Assembly: GCA_035758565.1 (NCBI GenBank)
Contig: DASTXL010000001.1
Span: 11,242 to 75,241 of the forward strand
Direction of reading: 5' to 3'
From: Candidatus Saccharimonadales bacterium
GTDB lineage: Bacteria; Patescibacteriota; Saccharimonadia; Saccharimonadales; UBA10212
Length of the DNA: 64,000 nt
Positions within the stretch are counted from its first letter, which is position 1. The number at the start of each line of letters is the position of its first letter. This document shows, one piece after another, positions 51,687-59,164 of this stretch. The notes under the pieces are model-generated. The model made no database searches. It was not told the origin of the DNA and saw nothing but the letters and a program-made list of their open reading frames with translations. Position numbers and translations under genes: made by a program.

Positions 51687-54600
51687 GTGAAATTCCACAC
51701 CGGATGGCGGCCCAAGGTCGCCTGGCTCGTGGTTGCCGCGGCAGTTCTGCTGCTTGCGGCCACCGTCAGCGGTTCCGCCAGGGCGGATGCCCCGGCGACC
51801 GTGTACGTCAACTCGGCCTGGAGTTCGGTGGCCAACGGGGATGACCCGGACGGCACCGGCCCGGCCACGGCCATGGGCACGGACGCGTTCAGCAACCTGC
51901 CCGATGCCGAGGCGGCGCTCGCCGACCACGGCACCATGTACACGAAGGGCACGTTCGATGCCTCGGACATCGCCCTGAACAAGCCGTTCACGCTGGACGG
52001 CCAGGGCGAGACCGAGCTCGACGTGTCCGCCGGCAGTTCGCCGGTGAACGCGCTCGACATCACGTCGGACGACGTGACGGTCACGGACGTCCACATCGTC
52101 GGGCCGGCCGCCGGGACGAGTTACCTCAGCTTCAGTTGGGGCAGCGACATCACGCGCGGCATCACCGTCGCGCAGGGCGTCACCGGGTTTGCGATCACGA
52201 ACAGCGTGATCGAGGGCCTGCGCAACGACATCCTGATCGACGGCCGCAACAGCACCGGCTCGGTGACGGGCAACACGATCGACGACTCCAAGTCGGCGAT
52301 CTCGGTGCAGTACACCGACGGCACGGGCCTGACCATCAACGACAACCAGGACGGCCAGTACGGCAACGAGTGGGACCTGAACCTGCACCTGAACGGGAAC
52401 TACGACGGTTCGACCACCCACTCCAACCCGTACCCGGGCGGCGCGGCGCCGGACGATGTCCAGCAGCACCTGCTGGACCTCAGCTCGGCCAACGACGGCT
52501 GGTCCGTTCAAGACCAGGCGTACACGTCGCACAACCGCACGGTGGCCTACGTCAGCACGTCCGGATCGTCGAGCAACCAGGGCAGCCCCCTGAACCAGCT
52601 CAGCACGATCCAGGCTGGCGTGGACGCCGTCGTGAAGACCGCCACGGTCCACGTCGCGGCCGGCACCTACGCGGGACAGGTCAAGATCAGTAAGGACCTG
52701 AACCTGCAAGGGGCCGGCACGGGCAGCACCACGCTGCAGGCGGCGGCCTCGATGCCGTCGTTCACGATCAACGGCTCGGCGCACTCGCCGGTCGTGGCCG
52801 TGGACGGTGCCAAGGTCACCATCAGCAACCTGACCGTTGACGGCAACGGCCAGGGCAACAGCAACGGCCGGTTCAACGGGATCGGCGGTTCCAACGCCGA
52901 CCTGACCATCGACGATGTGTCAGTCATTCACGTCCGCAACAACCCGCTCGATGGGGTGCAAAGCGGCGTAGGCATCTACGACTACAACACCGATGGCTCG
53001 AGCCGGACGGTGAAGGTCGAGAACTCGACCATCGCCGACTACCAGAAGGGCGGCGTCGTGCTGTCAGGCTCCGGTCTGACCGCCGACGTCGAGAACGTCA
53101 CCGTGACGGGCGCCGGGCAGACCAGCCTGACTGCCCAGAACGGCATCCAGGTCAGCTACGGCGCGTCGGGCACCGTCACCGGCAGCACGGTGAGCGGCAA
53201 CTACTGCACGCTCGCCAACTCCGGCGACAACTGCACGGCCGACCCGGCCGGCAGTGATCCGAACGCCGACGGTGCGGCGGGCATCCTGCTATACCAGGCA
53301 GGCTCCGTCGAGGTCGGCGATAGCACGGTGAGCAACAACCAGTACGGCATCTGGAGCGTGGGCAGTTCTTCGCTGAACATCCACGACAACCAGGTGAGCA
53401 GTTCGGGCTCGACGAGCTCGGGCGTCGCCGTCTGGAACCAGGACCAGTGGTCCAGTTCCGCAACAGCGACCTCGGGGAGCATCACCGGCAACACCCTGAG
53501 CGGCATGGGCTACGGGCTGCTGATCCGCGACTACAACGGATCGAACGCCCCGACCGTGACCGCTCACGGCAACCAGATCACCGGCAATACCGTGCCGGCG
53601 GCGAGCAACACCAGCTTCGACGCCACTGGCAACTGGTGGGGTTCGGTCTCTGGGCCGGGTACGCTCACGGACGTGACGACCAAGCCCTGGGCGACGGACG
53701 CCTCGTTCAACACCCAGAGCAACAACGCCGACCTGACGAACCTGAGCCTGTCAGCCGGTACGCTGAACCCCGCGTTCAGTGCCGGTACGACGGACTACCA
53801 GGCCAGCGTCGACAACAACACGTCGAGCGTCAGCGTCAGCTGCTCGGCCAACCCCGGCGCAACCGTGTCCGGGTGCGGCAGCTCGGCCCTGTCGGTGGGG
53901 AACAACGTGGTCGCCATCACGGTGACGTCGGCCGACGCTTCGGTGTCCAAGACGTACAACGTGGTCGTCAACCGCGCGTCGGCTCCGTCCTCGGGCGGAG
54001 GCGGCAACACCGGTGGCGGCGGTACGCCGCCGCCCACCACGACCAGCACGCCTCCGACGGTGACGACGTCGCCTGACGGGAGCGTGACCCACACGGCGCC
54101 GGCGGACCAGTTCGGTGTCGTGAGCGTGACGACGCCCGCAGCGGCGGGCACGAACAAGTCCGAGTCGCTCTCGGTGATCTGGGGTGCCGGCACGTTCGGC
54201 ACCACCAGCGACCCGGTGGCGGTGAACTGCAAGCCCATCCCGGTGGGCTCGCAGAGCAACAACAGCAGCTACCGGTTCGCCGATCAGGTCGTGAGCATCA
54301 CGGCCGAGCTGAACGGCAACCCGATCACGCAGCTGTCGGCCCCGCTGGAGATCGTCTTCTCCAGCCCGGGGGAGGGGTTCGTCCCCTCGTACTCGCACGA
54401 CGGGGTGCACTTCACCAACATCCCGCTGCTCACCCGTCCGCCGGATCTGCCGGCGGGCCAGGCGGACGGCTACTACGTCGATGACAACGGGCGCTACCAC
54501 GTGCTCACGCGTCACCTGACGATCTTCCGCCTGATGGACGGCACGCCGCCGACCGCGTCGAAGCTCAAGATCCGCCCCACGAAGAAGTGGCTGCGGGCGA

Positions 54601-54842
54601 GCTGGAGCGCGTCGCACGACAACATCGGCGTCGTCAGCTACATCGTGTACCGCAACGGTCACGGCTACCGCGTGTCCAAGCACACGTACATCCCCCTCCT
54701 CCTGCGGGCGGGCAAGTACGTGGTTCGTGCCCGTGACGCGGCGGGCAACCTCAGCAAGCCGTCGGCGACCGTCACGGTTGTCCGCGTCCGGGTCACCCGG
54801 CACGGCAAGCACTCCACGGTCCTTCAGGTGAAGAAGGGCTGA
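51687..54842 (+). CDS. Large secreted beta-helix surface protein (PbH1-like repeats, cadherin-like beta-sandwich, G/P/T linker, FN3-like C-terminus); high-GC island
   Basis: AAGGAGG at 51675-81, then GTG 51684/51687. Signal peptide KVAWLVVAAAVLLLAATVSGSARA. Beta-helix repeats (NSVIEGLRNDILIDG, GNTLSGMGYGLLIRD, HGNQITGNT). ADLTNLSLSAGTLNPAFSAGTTDYQASV. GGGGNTGGGGTPPPTTTSTPPTVTT. DNIGVVSYIVYRNG. About 65-67% G+C. Confidence 0.7.
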   Translation: MKFHTGWRPKVAWLVVAAAVLLLAATVSGSARADAPATVYVNSAWSSVANGDDPDGTGPATAMGTDAFSNLPDAEAALADHGTMYTKGTFDASDIALNKPFTLDGQGETELDVSAGSSPVNALDITSDDVTVTDVHIVGPAAGTSYLSFSWGSDITRGITVAQGVTGFAITNSVIEGLRNDILIDGRNSTGSVTGNTIDDSKSAISVQYTDGTGLTINDNQDGQYGNEWDLNLHLNGNYDGSTTHSNPYPGGAAPDDVQQHLLDLSSANDGWSVQDQAYTSHNRTVAYVSTSGSSSNQGSPLNQLSTIQAGVDAVVKTATVHVAAGTYAGQVKISKDLNLQGAGTGSTTLQAAASMPSFTINGSAHSPVVAVDGAKVTISNLTVDGNGQGNSNGRFNGIGGSNADLTIDDVSVIHVRNNPLDGVQSGVGIYDYNTDGSSRTVKVENSTIADYQKGGVVLSGSGLTADVENVTVTGAGQTSLTAQNGIQVSYGASGTVTGSTVSGNYCTLANSGDNCTADPAGSDPNADGAAGILLYQAGSVEVGDSTVSNNQYGIWSVGSSSLNIHDNQVSSSGSTSSGVAVWNQDQWSSSATATSGSITGNTLSGMGYGLLIRDYNGSNAPTVTAHGNQITGNTVPAASNTSFDATGNWWGSVSGPGTLTDVTTKPWATDASFNTQSNNADLTNLSLSAGTLNPAFSAGTTDYQASVDNNTSSVSVSCSANPGATVSGCGSSALSVGNNVVAITVTSADASVSKTYNVVVNRASAPSSGGGGNTGGGGTPPPTTTSTPPTVTTSPDGSVTHTAPADQFGVVSVTTPAAAGTNKSESLSVIWGAGTFGTTSDPVAVNCKPIPVGSQSNNSSYRFADQVVSITAELNGNPITQLSAPLEIVFSSPGEGFVPSYSHDGVHFTNIPLLTRPPDLPAGQADGYYVDDNGRYHVLTRHLTIFRLMDGTPPTASKLKIRPTKKWLRASWSASHDNIGVVSYIVYRNGHGYRVSKHTYIPLLLRAGKYVVRARDAAGNLSKPSATVTVVRVRVTRHGKHSTVLQVKKG

Positions 54843-54952
54843 AGCTGGGAGTAAGACCCAGCAATTGGCTAGGCGCATCCTAGATCTACTGGCTCCCCCA
54901 TGGAAGGGTGAGACGGTAGGTCGCTAGAAGATGTGACTCGCCAAAGCACTAC

Positions 54953-54997
54953 CCCCCGGTTCGACTGCAAGGATGCAGTCTGGGCCGGGGGCTTTTT
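54953..54997 (+). terminator. GC-rich rho-independent terminator of the high-GC island gene
   Basis: CCCCCGG..GACTGCA agga TGCAGTC..CCGGGGG followed by CTTTTT. Confidence 0.75.
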
Positions 54998-55023
54998 AGT
55001 TTTAAATTGATATACTTAAGCTT

Positions 55024-56280
55024 ATGAAAAAACTAGCCCGGCAAATTGTAGCCGCCATCCTGGCCTGGCAAGTTCGGCGCCTGCAAAAGAAAAATAATTT
55101 TAAAGTAGTTGCCGTGGCTGGCAGTATCGGCAAAACTAGCACAAAGTTTGCTATTGCTAATGTGCTCTCGGCGGGCTTACGGGTGCGTTATCAAGAAGGT
55201 AATTATAACGATTTGGTAACTGTGCCGCTGATTTATTTTGGTCGCCCGGAACCAAGCCTGTTCAATCCACTGGCCTGGCTAAGCGTATTCATAAAGAACG
55301 AAATTCAACTGTTTAAACCCTGTCCTTACGATGTAGTGGTTGTAGAAGTAGGCACAGATGCGCCAGGTCAAATCATCCAATTTAAAAAGTTTCTAAAGGC
55401 CGAAATTGCCGTAGTTACAGCTATCACACCCGAGCACATGGAGTTTTTTGAAGATCTGAATGCAGTTGCCGTTGAAGAGTTAAGCATCTCCCAGATGGCC
55501 AGCCTAACTTTGCTAAATAAAGATTATGATCACGCTACCCAAACCGATGGTGCCCTAACTTACGCGATAAACCAGCCGGCTGATTTTCAGATGAGCAACA
55601 TTCAATTCAGTAAGTCTGGTTGCGACTTTGATGTGCTGGCTGGCGGTAAAAAAATATTCAAAGCCGAACACGAAGCTTTTGCCGAGCCTCAACTCTATGC
55701 AATTCTGGCTGCAGTCGCCGTAGCCTATAAACTTGGGCTAGATAGCCAAACAATTCAACAAGGTTTGAGCAATATTCAGCCAGTGGCTGGCCGAATGCGT
55801 CGCCTGCCCGGTATTAATAGATCGACAATTATCGATGATACCTATAATGCCAGCCCAGAAGCAGTTAGCGCTGCACTAAAAACCCTGTATCGCCTGCCAG
55901 CTTCGCAAAAAATCGCCATTTTGGGCAATATGAACGAACTGGGTAAATTTTCTAAAGCGGCACACGAAGAGGCTGGCCAATTTTGTGACCCCAAGCAACT
56001 AGATTTAGTAGTCACGATTGGTCCAGACGCTAATAAATATTTGGCTCCGGCTGCCGAAGCCAATGGTTGCACAGTTAAAGTCTTCGATGATCCATATTCG
56101 GCCGGCGAGTTTGTCAAATCTCAAGTCAAAAAAGGCGCGTTAATCCTTGCCAAGGGCTCGCAAAACAAAGTCTTTGCCGAAGAAGCGATAAAAATTTTGC
56201 TGACTAACCCAGAAGACGCTTCGAAGCTAGTGCGCCAGTCGAAGTATTGGCTAGAAGTAAAAAGGAAGAATTTTAAATGA
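55024..56280 (+). CDS. murF: UDP-N-acetylmuramoyl-tripeptide--D-alanyl-D-alanine ligase
   Basis: Mur ligase P-loop VAGSIGKTSTK and DDTYNASPEAVSAAL, typical of MurF. It is adjacent to ddl. Confidence 0.85.
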   Translation: MKKLARQIVAAILAWQVRRLQKKNNFKVVAVAGSIGKTSTKFAIANVLSAGLRVRYQEGNYNDLVTVPLIYFGRPEPSLFNPLAWLSVFIKNEIQLFKPCPYDVVVVEVGTDAPGQIIQFKKFLKAEIAVVTAITPEHMEFFEDLNAVAVEELSISQMASLTLLNKDYDHATQTDGALTYAINQPADFQMSNIQFSKSGCDFDVLAGGKKIFKAEHEAFAEPQLYAILAAVAVAYKLGLDSQTIQQGLSNIQPVAGRMRRLPGINRSTIIDDTYNASPEAVSAALKTLYRLPASQKIAILGNMNELGKFSKAAHEEAGQFCDPKQLDLVVTIGPDANKYLAPAAEANGCTVKVFDDPYSAGEFVKSQVKKGALILAKGSQNKVFAEEAIKILLTNPEDASKLVRQSKYWLEVKRKNFK

Positions 56281-57170
56281 AGGTCGTAGTACTGGGTGGC
56301 GCAATTTCGCCAGAGAGGCAAGTTTCGTTAAGGTCCGCTAAGGCCGTAGCCGAGGCTGCAAAGGCTGCCGGTTTTGAGGTTGTCGAAGCTGATCCCGCCG
56401 ACGGTCTAGATGTATTGGATGATTTGAGCGACGCTGTTGTATTACCAATTTTGCACGGCAAATATGGTGAAGACGGAACTATCCAAAAAGAACTAGAGGC
56501 TCGGGGCCTTAAGTATTTAGGGTCGGATAGCGCTGCATCAATAGCCTGTTTCGATAAATGGACTACCCGGCTAGAGCTAATTAACGCCGGTATACCAATG
56601 GCTGAAGCAGCGCTAGTTGACGAAAAAAGCTACATAGGGCATCCGCTCACCAAAGTTCATCACGTGTTGAAAATCGTGCACGGCGGATCGAGTATCGGCA
56701 CGTTAGTGGTTCGCAAAGACGGGGACGAAGACGAACAGGAGGTTAGCGAAATTTTTGCTATGGAAGATAAGGCGGTACTGGAAAAATTAATAGAAGGCAC
56801 CGAAATAACCGTGCCGGTTCTGGATGGTCAGGCTTTGCCGGTCATAGAAATTATTCCGCCGGTAGACGAAGAATTTGATTACGACAACAAATACAATGGC
56901 AAAACCCAGGAGCTCTGCCCGCCTAAAAACGTATCTGCGATAGTGCAAAACAAAGCTCAGTCTTTAGCTGAAAAAGTTTATAAAGTTATGGGCGCCCGAC
57001 ACCTGGCGCGCGTGGATATGATGGTCGATGCCGACAACAATATTTTTGTACTAGAAATAAACACTATGCCCGGCCTGACCGATCAGAGTCTGTTTCCGAA
57101 GTCTGCCAAGGTTGCCGGCATGACTATGCCGGAGCTTGTTAAGAAGTTTATCGAGCTAGCGAGCCACTAG
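56277..57170 (+). CDS. ddl: D-alanine--D-alanine ligase
   Basis: MKVVVLGGAISPERQVSLRSA, PILHGKYGEDGTIQ, and ATP-grasp C-terminus LEINTMPGLT. ATGA overlap with murF. Confidence 0.9.
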   Translation: MKVVVLGGAISPERQVSLRSAKAVAEAAKAAGFEVVEADPADGLDVLDDLSDAVVLPILHGKYGEDGTIQKELEARGLKYLGSDSAASIACFDKWTTRLELINAGIPMAEAALVDEKSYIGHPLTKVHHVLKIVHGGSSIGTLVVRKDGDEDEQEVSEIFAMEDKAVLEKLIEGTEITVPVLDGQALPVIEIIPPVDEEFDYDNKYNGKTQELCPPKNVSAIVQNKAQSLAEKVYKVMGARHLARVDMMVDADNNIFVLEINTMPGLTDQSLFPKSAKVAGMTMPELVKKFIELASH

Positions 57171-57221
57171 GTCAAAACGCCTAGACTTATATAAGTACCC
57201 AGCTGTTTTTATGCTGGGCTT

Positions 57222-58418
57222 ATGAGTAACTTAGAATTCGATCCAGTTCTATCACCAAATAACCAGGAGTATCCGCGAGCCGCAGAAATTGTGCGTAACC
57301 TGTTGGCGCCTCAGCCGGTAATTATCGGCATAGAAGGCGGGCCATGTGGCGGCAAAACAACCTTAACCGAGCAAATCGTGGCCGAAGCCGAAAGTCGCGG
57401 CCAGCCGGTTTACGTTTTGCCAGAAGTTGCTACCAAGCACATACTTAAACTCCACGAACAAGGTTTTAGCATTCCAGAGCTTGCCGCCAACGACCGCGAA
57501 GGTTACTTGGCTTTCCAAATGGCTGTGCTCGGCGACATAAACCAAAGACTAATTAGCGCCAAAAAAGAATTCGCCGGTACTGACACGTTAATATTGAGTG
57601 ATCGTTTGAGTAATCGCCCATACATTACAGGCGAAGAATACGAAGAGCTTTGCCGTCGGCTGGGTTATGGCCCGAATGAGGTCATTCAAAACCATGTAGA
57701 CAAAGTTATTTACCTACCGAGCGTGGCTAAGGTAGCGCCAGAACTTTACGGGGAGCTTCAACTAACAAATACGGCGCGTTACGAAACGCTAGACCAGGCG
57801 ATAGCTACTTGCGATCGTACGTTGTCCAGCGTGGCCGCTCATCCGGAACTACATATAGTCGCTGATGGCCAGGATTTTGACGCCAAAATGCGGCGGGCCA
57901 AAAATTTGGCGTTCGATAATCAAAATGAATATGAAACCAAATGGCGGCCAGCAGATGAAGTGGAATTGGTCGAATGGATCAAGGCCAAACAAAAAGCTGG
58001 CGAAGTTCTAAACTCTATAGAAATCGGCCAAAGTTATCACCGCTTGCCCGACGGCACAACCTATAGACTGCGGGCTGGCACTGGCAGCGATGGCCAGGAT
58101 TTTTATCACTTTACAGTAAAGCAAAGGCATGAGTATGGTAGCAGGGAGATTAACCGCATCATAACCGAGCAGCAATATCAGACTTTGGCCGATCAACCAT
58201 GTCAAGGCTGGTTGTTCAAAAAACGCTTCGTCGTTTTAGATAACTGGCAGGTTTGGCACTGCGATTTCATCATGGACGGGGATGAAGGCTTCTGGATAGT
58301 CGAGGCTGAAGTTACGTGCCCCGAAGAGATTGATAATATTCAGTGCCCAGTGGCAATGGTTGATGCCAATTATTTTAAAACCGAAGACTATGCCAGCAGA
58401 AATCTTCCACGACGCTAA
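57222..58418 (+). CDS. Fusion protein: P-loop NTPase/kinase (AAA_28/NadR-kinase-like) with a C-terminal CYTH (triphosphate tunnel) domain
   Basis: Walker A GIEGGPCGGKTT. The C-terminal half begins with the CYTH signature ExExK (NEYETKW, nt 57927) and has YRLRAG and a terminal IVEAEV strand. Confidence 0.55.
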   Translation: MSNLEFDPVLSPNNQEYPRAAEIVRNLLAPQPVIIGIEGGPCGGKTTLTEQIVAEAESRGQPVYVLPEVATKHILKLHEQGFSIPELAANDREGYLAFQMAVLGDINQRLISAKKEFAGTDTLILSDRLSNRPYITGEEYEELCRRLGYGPNEVIQNHVDKVIYLPSVAKVAPELYGELQLTNTARYETLDQAIATCDRTLSSVAAHPELHIVADGQDFDAKMRRAKNLAFDNQNEYETKWRPADEVELVEWIKAKQKAGEVLNSIEIGQSYHRLPDGTTYRLRAGTGSDGQDFYHFTVKQRHEYGSREINRIITEQQYQTLADQPCQGWLFKKRFVVLDNWQVWHCDFIMDGDEGFWIVEAEVTCPEEIDNIQCPVAMVDANYFKTEDYASRNLPRR

Positions 58419-58468
58419 ACGGCCTATGCTTGCAAAGCTTAACCTTAGCGTTCATCCTGAAAGTGAGT

Positions 58469-59149
58469 ATGGACCGCCCGCTTGAGCACCACATCCAGCG
58501 CAGCATTATTGTGAGGCTGTCTTTGGCTGAAACTTTGCGCTTTTCGGATTTGAAGCCGGCCAGCCTCGAAAATAACCATTTTATGTACCATTTAAACCGG
58601 CTGATAAAAGACGGCTTGGTCGAAAAACGCGATAATTTGTATGCTCTCGCACCGGCTGGTTTGACTTATGTAGATCTGCTTAGCTACAAAAACCGCCGGC
58701 CAAGACATCAGCCCAAATTAATCGCAATTTTGGTTGTTCAAAATAAAAACGGTGATTATCTGTTGGCCCAACGCCACGTCCAGCCTTATTACGGTTACGC
58801 GATGTTGCCAAGCGGCAAGCAGCATTTTGGCGAAAGCCCGTTTGAGCATGCTGCCCGTGAAGCGAAGGAAAAGACCGGTCTAGCCATCAAGCTCGCTCAC
58901 CGTGGTTACGTGAATGTAAAAATATCTAAAGGTGACCATATAATCAGCCATGTTGCAGCGCATGTTTTTAGCGGCAAGCTCAACGATCAAGGTGCTATCA
59001 AGCAGGGCGACGAGCGGTTTAAGCTCTTCTGGCAGCCAAAAAACGAGCTTGATAAAGTCAAACTTATGCCCGGCACACTTGAAATTATCGAGCTGGTTAG
59101 CAAAAACCAAACAACATTTTTTGAATCTTTAGAATATCAGCTTGCTTGA
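58469..59149 (+). CDS. Winged-helix DNA-binding domain fused to a NUDIX hydrolase domain (NrtR-like content, reversed domain order)
   Basis: N-terminal wHTH (IQRSIIVRLSLAETLRFSDLKP...MYHLNRLIKDGLVEK). Nudix box GKQHFGESPFEHAAREAKEKTGL. The start is set at ATG 58469. Confidence 0.65.
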   Translation: MDRPLEHHIQRSIIVRLSLAETLRFSDLKPASLENNHFMYHLNRLIKDGLVEKRDNLYALAPAGLTYVDLLSYKNRRPRHQPKLIAILVVQNKNGDYLLAQRHVQPYYGYAMLPSGKQHFGESPFEHAAREAKEKTGLAIKLAHRGYVNVKISKGDHIISHVAAHVFSGKLNDQGAIKQGDERFKLFWQPKNELDKVKLMPGTLEIIELVSKNQTTFFESLEYQLA

Positions 59150-59164
59150 TATACTATTTAACAG

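Noticed and set aside
51552-54878. Long ORFs 51552..52784(-), 53751..54878(-), 52136..52693(+), 53447..54076(+), 53795..54262(-) and others overlapping the big island gene
   Set aside because: They are Arg/Pro/Gly-rich, lack motifs, and overlap each other in several frames only where G+C is about 65%. These are typical shadow ORFs of high-GC DNA. The 51687..54842 frame has the SD, signal peptide and recognisable domains.
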